A stretch of 63,956 nt of DNA, filler included, from Reclinomonas americana ATCC 50394 (taxonomy: Eukaryota): NCBI GenBank assembly GCA_048213135.1. It is 13 parts of 13 records of this genome, joined end to end, with 100 filler letters (N's around TTAATTAATTAA, not from the genome) between each part and the next. Parts side by side here need not be neighbours in the genome. Positions count along the whole stretch, not along the records: positions 25,187 to 32,092 come from AFZH01019750.1; positions 32,193 to 48,034 come from AFZH01019751.1; 11 more parts are not named here. One strand, given 5' to 3'. The notes beneath the pieces are model-generated. The model did not search any database, was not told the origin of the DNA, and saw only the letters and a list, made by a program, of their open reading frames with translations. Each line of letters opens with the position of its first letter. Position 1 is the stretch's first letter. The position numbers were made by a program, and so were the translations under genes. Of the stretch, positions 25,436 to 38,382 are shown piece after piece.

Positions 25436-28424
25436 ATCACTGATGTTTGCGAGTGCGACTACGGCACTGCACGTGTTCGTCTTCACCGGCGACTGATGCA
25501 CACGCTCGGTGTTGGATGCGGTGATGCAGTGCGAGTGCATTGTGGCGATGGCGATTGCGAGTTCTTGTGCTTTGTGTGGCCGCTGGCGGAGGAGAGCGAG
25601 CGTGTGGATCATGGGTGGATGGATGTGCGGTTGGTGTGGCGCGGGAGCAAGGGGTTGGTGGAGAGGCCAGTGGCGATGCGTGCGTGTGAGGTTGGTTGAA
25701 AAGGGAAAGGCTGAGAGAAACGATTGAGGGAGAGGAATGGGAAGAGGAACGTCTTCTTTTCCCACTTCTCCATGTTCTTGTTCTTGTTTTTTTCTTCTTC
25801 CTCTTGTTGTTCTTATGGTTCTTCTTCTTCTTTTCTTGTTCTTCCTCTTCTTGTTCGTGTTCCTGCCTTCTTTGTCATCTTCTCCAAGTTTGCACATTCC
25901 ACTCCTTCATGTCAACTTCTTCTTCTTCTTCTTGATGTTGTTGTTGTTGTTGTTGTTCTCCTTCTTCTTCTCCTTGCTTCCTCTTCTTCTTATTCTTCTT
26001 CTTATTCTTCTTCTTCTTCTTCTTCTTCTTCTTCTTCTCCTTCTTGTTCTCCTCTTTCTCGTTGTTGTATTTCTTCTTCTTGTTCTTCTCCTCCTCCTCC
26101 TCCTCCTCCGCTTCCTCCTCCTCCTCCTCCTCCTCATCCTCTCCCTTTCCCCTTCCTCCTTTCCCCTTCCCCTTTCCCCTTCCTCCTTTCCCCTCCCCTT
26201 CCCTGATCCCTCCCCCGCAGGCCACCATTGACGTGCTCACATCTGGCCGCCCAACCCCTCGCCGCGCCAGCTCCGTCACAGTACACTGCCCTTCGTCGTC
26301 GTCATCTTCTCGATCACCCGTCGACGCCGCCCGCGTGCAAGCATTCCTGCGTCGCTTTCCGCTGCTGGAGGTCGGTGTCACGGTGTTGATGCCGGTCGGT
26401 GATGATGATAAGGCGGCGGCTGACGTGCTTCCACTGCATGTGGCGAATGTGCGCTTCTCGACAGCGGTGGCGGCCGAGGCCAGTGCTCCGCCCGATCGCT
26501 TCTTTTTCGTCACCGCCAACACTCGGCTGCGGTTACAGCAGCAGTCGTCACCAGGGAGGTCTCCTTCCCCTCTGTCGGAGGATGATAAGGACGAAGAGGA
26601 GGAGGAGGAAGAGGAGGGAGAGTTGCTGGGAGGGCTCGACTCTGTCCTCCGCTCCCTGCGCGAACTGGTGGTGCTGCCGCACCGCGTCCCCGAAGTGTTC
26701 ACTCGACTGGGTGTGCGTCCACCGCGTGGTGCGTTGCTCACGGGGCCTCCAGGCGTCGGCAAGACCAGTGCTGCGCGTGCTGTGGCGCGCGAGTGCGGCG
26801 CGCATGTGGTGTGCATCGACTGTGCGTCGGTCACCGACGACACCATGGGTGAGACGGAGCGCCGGTTGCGTGAAGCGTTTGCGGAGGCACGCGAAGTGGC
26901 ATCGCGCAATCGGCCCGTGGTGATTTTCATGGATGAAATCGACGCGCTGTGTCAGCGGCGCGACTCTGTCGGCAGTCATTACGGCGCACGCATCGTCGCG
27001 CAATTGCTGACGCTGATGGACGACCTCGATCACGCGCCCGGCGAACACAGCTCAGGAGTGGTGGTGCTGGCGGCCACCAATGCCGCATCACGGTTGGATC
27101 CCGCTCTGCGCAGGCCCGGTCGTTTTGATCGCGAGATCGAGATACCACCACCGTCACTCGACGGCAAGGTGGCCATCCTGCGTGCGCGCACCTCCCGCAT
27201 GCGACTGGCAGACGATGTTGATCTTGGTTTGCATGGATTGCTTGCTTTTCCATCATTGCCCTTTTCTCCTCTCACTATTGTTTTCCTTCAGTGACGATTG
27301 CCGAGTCGTGCGCTGGATTCGTGGGTGCCGATCTGGCCGAGTTGTGTCGCGTTGCGTTTCTGGCCGCCGACGCAGAGGCTGTCGCCGCCGCCGCCAATGT
27401 GCGCGTCGGGCGGTCGCACTTTGAGCATGCGCGGTCGGTGGTGCGTCCGTCGCTGCATCGAGAGGCCGCCGAAGTCGGCGTGTCGGCACCGGTGGCGTCG
27501 TTTGACGACATTGGTGGCCTGGAGGACGTGAAACTGGCACTGGCGCAGGCGATCCAGTGGCCGCTGCGGTACCGGCACACGTTTGAGCGCATGGGTCTGT
27601 CGCCACCGCGCGGCATTCTCCTGCACGGACCGCCCGGTTGCGCCAAGACCAGTTTGGCGCGGGCTGTCGCGGCCTCTGCGTCGCTCACCTTTCTCCACAC
27701 CAGTGGTGCCACCGTGTACTCGCCATATGTCGGCGACGCCGAGCGGTACATTCGCGAGCTGTTCAAGAAGGCCGCCCTGGCCGCACCGTCCGTCATTTTC
27801 CTCGACGAAATCGATGCACTGGTCGGCAAGCGTGGAGATGGCGGTGATAGTGGGGGCTCAGATACCGTACGAGACCGCATTCTCACGGCACTTTTGAACG
27901 AAATGGACGGCGTCGGTGCGCTGCGGCGAGATGTGCTGGTGATGGCGGCGACCAATCGACCCGAGATGGTGGACGCCGCACTGCTGCGCCCCGGGCGCTT
28001 CGATCGCCTGCTGTTTGTACCACCACCCGATCTGGAGGCTCGTGTCGCCATCTTGAGAGTGCACACGCGTGGCATGCCGCTCGACGACAGGCTGAACCTC
28101 AGCAGGATCGCCGAGCAGGTGAGATGCTCGTTTTTTTCTCCGTCTCTCTCTGCTCGGTGCACTGAGACATGTTGCGTGCAGACGGAATTCATGACGGGAG
28201 CCGAGCTCAAGGCGCTGTGCACAGAGGCCGCCATGTCTGCGCTCCGGAGAGATATGAATTCGGCAGTGGTGGTGCGACACAATGCCCATAGACCTCCCTT
28301 CCAACTCATACTCACTCTTGATAACGCGCAGTGCACGGCGGACTTTGACTGCGCACGACGAAAGGTTACACCCTCGCTCAACGCCGAGCTGGTGGAAGAG
28401 TATCGCAGTCGGTGTCCGGGATGA
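25436..28424 (+). CDS. AFG2B: Double AAA+ ATPase, AFG2B/SPATA5L1-like (5' partial)
   Basis: D1: GPPGVGKT/FMDEID/ALRRPGRFDRE. D2: GPPGCAKT/SPYVGDAE/FLDEID/ALLRPGRFD. The N-domain RLHRRLMHTLG...FLCFVWP resembles SPATA5L1. Confidence 0.8.
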
Positions 28425-28474
28425 GAAAAATAAACAAGGGGGTAAAACAAAGTGTACACTGCACAAGAGGAGAA

Positions 28475-31400
28475 CTACGCGAATCCAAAGCCAACACACT
28501 GCGCAATCGCCGTCCGCAACACACGACCGAGCACCTCGGCCGACGAGTGATGCCAGCTGAGATCCAACTGCGGCACACAGGTGTGCGCCGTCGGGAGCTC
28601 TTCGACACCAGCCGCCGAGGCCACCACCAACACCGGTCGCGGATGCCCGAACGGCAGCCCCGGCAGATTGGTGACAAACTTGAGGAACTGGCGCAACTCA
28701 TCTTGTGTGAACTCGCGCAGCGCCTGGGCCAGTACATGGGGTGCCTCGCTCGCGTCAGGAAAGTGCTCAAAGCGCAGCAGGTCGATGAGGGCCTCGGCAT
28801 CTGTGCGAGCGGTGAGCGATGCGGTGGTGGGAGGGCAGATTGTAGAAGAAAAAAAAGAGACGCACCGACAGACTCCTGCGTTGCCGGCAGTGCGCGCAGC
28901 CATTCAAAGGCGCCCATGGAATTGAGCAGCTGCAGCATATTCGAGAAGAAATGAGTGCCATGAATAACGATTTGTCGACAACGCGTGCGCGCACACACAC
29001 CTGATCGCCCAACGCGGGTGCCAGACAATCCCGGACTCCGCGCTTAATTATTGAGATGGCGTCCAACCGGCCCTGACCCAGCAACACCGTGCGAGCGCGG
29101 GCACAAACGTACGACAAGCGATTCTCCTCCGTGACGCCATCACGTGCATCTGTGTTGCGAAGCAATCTCGTGAGCCACCCGCCATTCCAATCCCATTCTC
29201 CCAACCCGCACGCAACTGACAGTGCTTGGCAAAAACTCGGGTACAACATCGTCAAAGAACAACATGGAGGCCTCGAACTGCACCAGAGTGAAGCGCAAGC
29301 TCCTGGCCACCGACGGCACAATCACTTCGAGTGCGCGCAGCAGCGCCTCGGCAGCGTCGGCCGTCACATCATTTGGATCGCAAAACATGCGCGCGCGTGG
29401 AGTCGAGCCGAGCAGCTCCAGAATCACGTCCGAGTACAGGGGAGCCGGCAGCGCCGCGTGCGCCTCCGACAGACACTTGGCCAGGGCGCGACCGAACGCC
29501 AGCAACGTCAGCTCCGCTTGCTCTCGGTGTTCGCGCGACATGACGTGCAGCGGCGCCACGTGGTAGTACTGCGCGTCGTGCTCGTCCTCCCGCACGAATG
29601 CGTTCGATTTGGTGCACAGTTGCTCGAAGAACTGCAAGAGGAGCGGAGGGGGTGAGAAGGGTGAAGGGTGAAGGGAAAGAGACGCGAGGAAAGAATCAAG
29701 AAAAGCAACAGCAGAAAAGGAGCGAGAAGGGTAACGGGAAGGGGATGTGAGGAAAGGATCGCGTGTTGGGGCGACAAAGAGGATTATGAAAAGCAACAGT
29801 TGGAGAGGAGCAAGAAGGGTAACGGGAAAGAGATATGTGAGGAATGGATCGCGTGTTGGGACGACGGAGAGGATCAAGAAAGGCAAGGGCTGGGAAGAGC
29901 GAGAAGGGTAACGGGAAGGAGATGTGAAGGAAAGGATCGCCTGTTAGGGCGACAGATAGGATCAAGAAAGCAACAAGGGAAAGAGATGCGAGGTAACGAT
30001 CGCGTGTTGGGACGACAAAAAGGATCAAGAAAGGCAAGTGCTGGGGAAGAGCGAGAATGGTAAAGGGAAGGGGATGGGAGGAATGGATCGCGTGTTGGGA
30101 CGACGGAGAGGATCAAGAAAGCAACAAGGGAAAGAGATGCGACGAATGAACTGCGTGTTGGGACGACAAAAAGGATCAAGAAAGGCAAGAGCTGGGGAAG
30201 AGCGAGAAGGGTAACGGGAAGGGGATGTGAGGAAAGCATCGCGTGTTGGGATGACAAAGAGGATCAACAGGCGATGAGAAGAACAGTGTGTTCACAAACC
30301 TGAGCGAAAAACTCCGCAGTGAGGCCGCCCGCATCCACTCCTTCCTCGCCCAAAAACGAGACACGCAGTGGCACAATCCAGTTCGACGGCTCCATGGACA
30401 GGAAGAACGAGGCGCCATCGGTGACCAGTGATTCGCGCGAAACTTGAATCTGTGCAAGCCCACAGTTGAGTCACTCAGCCTCTTCGACAAAGAAAAATCT
30501 CTGCATGCCCGCAACTGGCATAATGTACGGTCCGGCGTGTGTCCTCATGCGTGCGAGTTGCTCACGAATCGACTGTACGCGCTGCTCGGCCAGTGAAGTG
30601 GCCGCGTCGACGGCATACGCCGGTAATGAGTGGAGGCGGAAGAACGGGTGCGCCAGTGCGTCGAGCGCCGAAATGCGTTTCTTTGGATCGGGTTCAACCT
30701 GCGTGCCGCAGCAGTGAGACAACACACGACAAACACACACGCGTGCACACATCACTGACCAGCGCCAGAACGAGCGACAGAAGCGTGGGCGAGGTGATGG
30801 CGGCCTGATCCAGATGGACCTCCCAGCCGCCGCTGGCACCCGCGGGCACCACCGACACTGCTCGATCCATGCCGACCATCGCCTGGAAAAGCATAACACC
30901 CAGAGCAAACAGGTCGCGCGATGGCTCCGTGGAGGCCAGCAGGCCATTTCGCTGACGGGCCATGCACTCGATCACCTCGGGTGCGAGGAAGCCGTCGGAG
31001 CCTTCGGCTGTGTGAGTGCAGGGAGAGGTGAGTGCAAATAGTGGGGAAGCAGCGTGCATAGCAGTACACACCTGCCACTGCCAAGCGGCGCGTCAGCGGT
31101 CGAGGACCATCGGCAATGTCGTAGTCGACGATGCGCGGCTGCCCGTCGGCACTGATAATCACATTCTCAAAGTTCAAGTCGCAATGCACCACGTCGTGCT
31201 GATGGAGAGCCACCAATCCCTGCATCATCCCCCGATGTGTGTTCAATTGTGGTCTCTCACAACTGGCAACGATGTGCAAGAACAACCGCACCTGCAACAA
31301 TCCAAAGAACACCTCGCGGATCTCGCTCTCCGATCGCTGTTTTTCGCGGCACCATGTTGTCAACGAGCGCAGTCCCGGGTAGGAGAACACGGCAATCACA

Positions 31401-31790
31401 TCCTCGGCGCTCTTGTCGCCCAAAAAGTAACCGCGCAGGCGGACCACGTTCGGGTGTTGTACCTGCAAGAGAGAGTGAGAGAGAGAAAAGGGACAGACAA
31501 AAAGAAACAATGAAACAAACCTGTCGAAGAATGCTGACTTCGCGGAGGAAGCGGTGGCGTGCCTGCTCGTCGCCGAGCGTGTATCGCTTGAGAATCCATC
31601 GACTGCCGTCCTCTCGCAACCTGTATGACAGGAATTAGCGCCGCGAAGCAAGAAAAGAGACGAGTGAGGTGACGCACCTTGCGCGATACACGTTCCTCCG
31701 ACCCGCCACCTCCTCCACGTCGACGAACGCGTCCTCGCGTACCGTCGGCATCAGGAAGGGGCTTCGCAGTAGGACGGTGGGGATGACGTG
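28475..31790 (-). CDS. Protein kinase-HECT E3 ubiquitin ligase fusion (5' partial)
   Basis: Kinase: WILKRY, FLREV, HPNVV, VHCDLNFEN, VDYD, FLAPE, DLFALGV, DPKKRISALDALAHPFF. HECT: VSFLGEEGVDAGGLTAEFF, FLKFVT, LPTAHTC, terminal GFGFA*. Confidence 0.85.
29690..30270. repeat. Intronic minisatellite, about 7 units of ~63-90 bp
   Basis: Core GATCGCGTGTTGGGACGAC..AGGATCAAGAAAG recurs near 29757, 29847, 29935, 29998, 30086, 30153 and 30238. Confidence 0.85.
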
Positions 31791-32023
31791 CTGAGGTGGT
31801 GGAAAAGAGAGCGGGTGAGGAAAAGGGGGGGAAGGGGGAAGGGGAAGGGGAAAGGTGGAAGAGGAAGGTGAAGGGGGAAGGTGAAGGGGGAAGGTGAAGG
31901 GGAAAGACGAAGGGGGAAGGTGAAGGGGGAAGGTGAAGGGGGACGTCTTCGCTTCCTCATTCTGCAAATTCTCATCCTGTTCCTTCTGTTAAGATCACCA
32001 CCAACCTCTATCGTTCCCCCTTC

Positions 32024-32063
<40 letters not shown>

Positions 32064-32699
32064 GTCGTCGTCCACGCACGACGACGGAGTAGNNNNNNNN
32101 NNNNNNNNNNNNNNNNNNNNNNNNNNNNNNNNNNNNTTAATTAATTAANNNNNNNNNNNNNNNNNNNNNNNNNNNNNNNNNNNNNNNNNNNNGAGAGAGA
32201 GAGAGAGAGAGACAGGCCGAGACAGAATCGATGCACAGACAGGCGCAGCAGGAATTGAAAAAAGGGACAAAGAAAGAGAGAGGGAAGGCAGTCGACGTCA
32301 GAACTCAAGAGAGATGAAGACGAAGAGAACAAGAAAGAAAATGAAGAAAGAAAGAGCGAAAGAAAGAAAGAAAAAAGAAAAAATGAGAGAGCAACAAGGG
32401 CGATGCACAGACAAGTGCAGCAGGACTGAAAAAAGAGACAAAGAAACAGAGAGAGAGGGCAGGGCGGTGACAGAACTCAAGAGAGATGAAGACAAAGAGA
32501 GAACAAGAAGGAAAACGGAAGGGAAAAGAAAGAATGAGAGAGCAACAAGGGCAATGCACAGACTGGCGCAATAGGAACTGAAGAAAAAGTGGACGAAGAA
32601 ACAGAGTCGGTGACAGAACTCAAGAGAGATGAAGACAAAGAGAGAACAAGAAAGAAAATGAAGGAGAAAGAGAAGAGAGCCAGAGAGTCTGTGTGAGGG

Positions 32700-35474
32700 G
32701 CCACGACAGACTGGTGCGGCAGGAACTAAAGATAAAAAGAAGACAGAAAAGAAAAAGAGAAGGGAATATGCAAGCTGTGCATAGATGAGCTGCCAGTGGG
32801 AGAAAGAGCGTTCAGTGCAGGCTTCAGGAAGCTGCACGTCAGCCCCCACCCCCCTTCTTTCACGCGCCTTCCCCGTTCCCTCCTCCCTGTGCTCCCACAA
32901 CGCACCTCCGTGACCACACTGACAGTGCCCCCCTCCTCATTCTCTCTTTCCCTCTCTTCCTCTCTTCCTCCCTGTGCTCCCACAACGCACCTCCGTGACC
33001 ACACTGACAGCCCGCAACACCGACGGAATGCACAACGAATGCAGCTGCCGCCGCATTTCCACCACCTTGCGGTGCATCTCCGCAATCGGGCTGCTCTGTG
33101 CGTCGGCACTGGAGCTGCCCTGCGGTGGACTCGATTCGCGATCCCCATTCCCCGACGACGAGTCGCCTAACGAGCAGTGTGTCAGGCCACCACAATAATA
33201 ATAATAATACCCCATTTTCTTGGTGACAGAACGCAACTGCCGGAACCGCCCGACAACGGATCGTAGCGCTGCCGTAATTGCGCCAGCTCGGCCTCGGCTC
33301 GCAACCGCGCATCCCGCTCTCTCCGCAACTCCGCGCGCGCCTCGTCGGCCATCTTCCGTGACTCACTATTCCGCTTCTCCAGCTCCTGCTGTCGCGACCG
33401 CAGCTGCTCCTCGCGCTGGCGATGCACGAGCTCATTGCGCTCATGCGCCTCCCGTTCCGTGGTCAGTATCTGAATGAAATTCGCTTGCAGCTCCTCGCGA
33501 GCAGCGCGTGCGGCGGCATCGGAGCTCTCCAGGATCATACGCGCTTGGATGAGCGCCGTCTCGTGTTCTTGCAATGCACGTTGCAATTGAACGACATCAT
33601 GCGAGCCTGTGGAGCACAAATTGTTGGACATTCGAACACGAAGAATCTTAATGGGGTGAGGGCGAATAACATCGATTAGAATGAGAAACGAGGTGAGTGA
33701 GAGGCAATGGGAGACGGGAAAAGGCGGTAGGGAGGAGACGGGAGGGTAGGAGATGGGAGCACGTGAATAATATGCGACCAGAATAGGAGTGTTCGAATAA
33801 AGAGGAATAGTGGTCGCCAATGGTATCGGAGAAAGGCGGTGATAGCTGGGCGGGTGGCAGCATCAGTAGAGAAGAGAATAAAGTGAAGGTGGGAGGCGTG
33901 CATGAACGCGCAACAGAAGGAAAAAAAAAAGAGTAACGGGAGGAAATGAGCAAAGGGGAAAGGGGGAGTTTTGCGACACCAGCGGAGTGATGCACCACCA
34001 CCATCCCCATTGAGCCTGACGAAAAGAAAAGAAGAATGCCATGCACACAGAGAGGGAGAGAGAGAGAGGCAAAAGAAGGGAAAGAGAGAGAAGAGCGGAA
34101 ACGAATGAGGGTATATTCGAAAGAGGAAAAGAGGAGAATGTGCTCGCAGGCACAGTGTGGAGAAACAGGCACAACAAGGTGGCAAGTGCCAGGCACGAGC
34201 GCGCGCGTGTGAGTGCGTACGTGACGTGGGAGGAGGAGAAGCAGGAGGAGGACATCAACCCGCCCACCACCACCGCAACCACTCACGACGCCCGCCGCCC
34301 AAAACCAAACAACAAACCACCGTGTTTTTGATGATCTTCTGCAGACGACGACGAAGAAGACTGACCGGCAGACAAGTGCTCCATCAGCAACTGCTGCAAC
34401 ACCTCGCCCGCCATTCGATTTCCCATGGCGCGCGCCACATCCGCCGGCGTTCGCTCGTGCGCGTCTCGCACCACCAACAACCACGGTTGCTCATTCACCA
34501 GCCACCTAACACGCCCACGATCAAAGTCAGAAACGGCGAATACACAAGGAAACGCTCTTCTTGTGTAACACGCTACCGTATCATGTCAGTCTCGTCGAGC
34601 TGCGCCGCCAAATGCAACGGCGTCGTCCCGGCAACGTGCGGCGGCACAGGCACAGCAGCGTCGCCGTCAGCTTGTTTCTCGTCCTGGTGGAGGTAGGCCA
34701 GCAGCGACTCGACCGGGACTCCATTCGCGCGCAGCATCATGGCCTTGAGCAGGCGTCGCTGCGAGGCCAACTGGCGCACCTCACTCGACATGGCGGCGTC
34801 GGGTAAGTCGGCTTTGAAGAGCGCGCGGTTGCGGTAGAGGATGAGTCGCGCCTCTTCAATGTCGCCCTTGGCAATGGCCACGCTGAGGGCGGCCGCCTCC
34901 TCGGACGAGTAATGCTGCGGGAGCACGAGTGTGGAGGGCGAGATGCGCACCACACCAACTGATGACGTCGATGATGAGTCAGTGGCGACTTTCTCCACTG
35001 CTGCTGCTGCTGCTGGTGGAGGTGGAGGTGGAGGTGCGGCATCGACCTCAGTTCTGTATTTGAGGCAAAGCGAGTGAGTGTGTCATACGGAGTGAAAAGC
35101 GAGTGGGCGTGTCTAACACTCAAATATGGTCTCACACGGTCTGTGCCCCCACTCACGCACACGTGCGACTCATTGTCTCTCTCGTGCGCGCGCTCACAGG
35201 CGCATGTGCGCAGAGACAAGTGTGTGAGGGAAAGAGAGCGTGTACAAACGATTTTTGAGAGGAGAGAATGTCTCATTTGGGCTGAGCAGAATATCCATTG
35301 CCATCACACACACAGTGGCGATATGCCTGAGGGTGCGAAAGGAATGTGTTGCTCTGTGGGAGAGCAGAGAGGAGGTGGTGTGGTGCATGTGCGTGTGTGT
35401 GACAGGGGGAGGAAGAAAGAGAGAGAGTGGTGCGTGTGGTGTTTAGCTCACCCTGTGGACATGGCCGCGGACAT
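32700..35474 (-). CDS. Ankyrin-repeat plus coiled-coil protein (3' end uncertain)
   Basis: GTTPLHLAAQLDETDMIRWLV...RDAHERTPADVA ankyrin motifs; a downstream coiled-coil exon at about 33240-33610. Confidence 0.6.
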
Positions 35475-35993
35475 TTTCACACTCTCGCGCGCACACACAC
35501 TTGTGCGATGACGTCGCTCTCTCTCTCTCTTGTGTTCACTCACTCGCACGCTCACGCTCACTCACTTGCGCAAACAGAGAAATGACAACAGTGGGAGTGT
35601 GAGTGTGGTGTTTGCGTGTTTTCGTGCGCACAACGACAATCGCTGACTCCGCCGACAATTGGAATGTCCAAAAGCCGCGCTGGGAATACAGAAGTCTTCT
35701 TCTTCTCTTTGTGATCCCACACGCTGCCTTTGGCAGTGCGAGTGTGTCGACTTGCACGTGTGGCCGCGCAAGGCATCGACAGAGTCCTTCCGTGTTCGAA
35801 TTTGCGCATGCATGTGTATTGATAATGATTGGCGCGCGCCTTTCCCTTCTAATGCGCAGGCGCCCAAGCATTCAAAGCGCTTTGGGGAAGTGTGCCGACA
35901 ACCGGTCACTGGTGGTTGCAGGAAAAAGTCGGCCGTTGTGGCAGAAAAATCAATGCCGGCGCCGGCCTCTCGCCATTCAAAACAGTTCGCGCT

Positions 35994-38142
35994 TCACTCG
36001 CTCCACTCGTCACCCGTGCCACCCAGCGCCTCGTCCAATCTCGCCAGCTGCTGGCGATTGAATCCGCGGTCTGTGACAAAGCGCGACGGACTGGGGTACT
36101 TCTCCACGAAACGCATGTCGACGCATGCAATCCCACTGCGCGCCAGCTCCGAGGCCGGGATACCGGTCTTCAGATCGTCGTCCGAGTCGCACGGCTTGCT
36201 CGGCTCATTCATGAACGACAACAGCACTTGTCGCACGGGTTCTCTCGATGACGATGATGACGACGAAGAGCCTGTTGCGCCGCACAGTGAGTTGCAAAGG
36301 AGAAGCCACTTATCGGTATGACTGCAACGCACCACCACCACTGCCGAGCACCCGACGAAAGAAGGTGCGAATTTCGTCGGTCTCTATCCGACCCGACACG
36401 CGCAGAGCAACCAGAACTGCGTCGATGTGGCGAGGACGATCGGCCAGGGAGACCACTCGGAAGGCACCTGAGGCGATTCTTCGTGTTGAGTACACTCACT
36501 CCACCTCCAATCCTCTCAGTGTTGTCTCCTCACGTACCTGCAGCTTGCAACGCTCGGCACACCTCGGGCAGGCAGTACGCCGACGTAAAGTCACGCTCTG
36601 CAATTTGTGAGCACACCACAACAATCCGCGGAACGTACATCATCCGCGGCACTGGCGACATGATGGCACGCTCGGCATGCCCGTCGTCGTCGTCGAGTGC
36701 AAACTCCATGTCGGGTGCTCGAGTGCGATTCACGTGGTCCACAGATTCAGCAGGTGGCGGAAGTGGTGGGAGAGGTGGCGAGGGTGGAGTTGGAGGAGGC
36801 GGTGGTGGTGGTGGTGGTGGTTGCACGACAGGCTGACGTGCTGGCGGTGGCAATGGTCTTCCGGTCGCGCTCGGTGCTGCGCCAGTGCCTCCAACTGTAA
36901 CCTGCTGGAGATTGGTGTGGTGAAAACAAGAGAAGGCATCAATGCAAGAGTGCAGGTGGACAGACGCACCAGCAGCGATGGCACGGCGTGTAACTGGCGA
37001 AAGGCGGAGTTCTCAGCACACAGACTCTGGATGGAATCCTGCTGGTAACATAGCACGGTGTGCAGCTTTGCCAACAGGTCATCCACATTGGGCAGCTGCC
37101 GCAGTGCGCTGACACACTGGTCGCTCTGCCCGCTCAACGCCTGCAGTTCAGACAGGCGGTGTGCAGGCAGCGACGGTGGAGGTGCGGCTGCAGTGGAGCG
37201 CGCATCAAGTTTTCGAAGTGGCTCGCCGCCTGTACCACGGAATCAGAAGCACGACGCAGACCACCGAGGGAGTGCAATGAACCTGCGACCACGGCATACA
37301 CAGCGAGTTGCACCACTTGCGAGCCGGTGCTGCTGAAGAGCTCGGGATCAAGTCGCCTTGTGTGATCGTCAAAGGGTTCGAATGAGTGGCCCGGGTTGCT
37401 GTGGCACGCAAACAGTGGCATTGAGTGTCGAGTCGTGGTGGATGCACAGCACGGCATGCTCACCACACCACGAGCAGTGTGTCTTGTGCTTGATACGTCG
37501 CAGCACTGGAAAACATACTACGCGATGGAACAAGCAACACACCGTGCTGCAACGCGAGATCCTGCGCCACTGCACTCAGCACGCGCGAGGAAGAGACGGC
37601 CATGACAGTGCATATAGTAGACGCTCACCGGACCAGCGCCAAAGCCAATCACTCTCGAGTCCACCTGTGGATGCTTCCGAACCAATCCGCACGCATAATC
37701 TTGATGCCTCGCGACACCTGCATTCTCCAGCACACACGCCACTGGTTGACCGCCCACTGCCAGCTGGAGTCCACACGTCAGAGACTCACAAGAGCTTCTG
37801 CTTTCACACGAGCGCGCAACTGCAAACAAGAACGCATGTGGGTCACATCGCGCGGCTTTCCACGAACGTGTTGTGTATGCGCCCACAATCGACTGATTGG
37901 CGGTCCACAACACCACAAACAACGACGAGGAAGCGTATCGCTCGGCGACATTCGCCACGTCAGCAGTGGAGAACCCCGAGCGACCACTTCGCGACGAATG
38001 CAACTCGTGAAGACGAAGTCGTTGCCTGGAAAACACAAGTGAGCATGCAGTGGTGCAGAAGAGTGGCATGTGTGTGTGCGCGCGCGCACCCATCACGGCC
38101 AATCCAGCACAGCAGCTGCAACTGTTGCTCGTCAGAGAGCAT
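35994..38142 (-). CDS. TLDc domain - helical/poly-Pro linker - uncharacterised alpha/beta domain, copy 1
   Basis: Spliced: MLSDEQQLQLLCWIG...LRLHELHSSRSGRSGFS...SLFVVLWTANQSIVGAYTTRSW...DPHAFLF...IGFGAGPDL...VVQLAVYAV, a divergent TLDc. C-terminal domain RIVVVCS...DAVLVALRVSGRIETD...RQVLLSF...CVDMRF. Confidence 0.7.
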
Positions 38143-38382
38143 TGGATAGGAAGCGGGAAATTGCGTCCTGTCTGCTGCAGCTGGGCAGTTGGCGCGCTTC
38201 TCAAAGACGCACTCTCACTCACAGTCTCTCAGACTACAACACACACCAACAGCGGCAACGAGACGCACTGAGATTCTGTCGCGTTTCGAAACAGTCCTGT
38301 CAATATCCACCAAGACGGGAATGCATGTCCTGTCGCATGCAAACGGAATCACAATTTTCTCTGTATTTTGTGTGTGAGAGCC

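Noticed and set aside
29690..30270. CRISPR-like repeat/spacer appearance
   Set aside because: The spacers are related to each other and the repeats are degenerate. It lies in a eukaryotic intron with no cas genes nearby.
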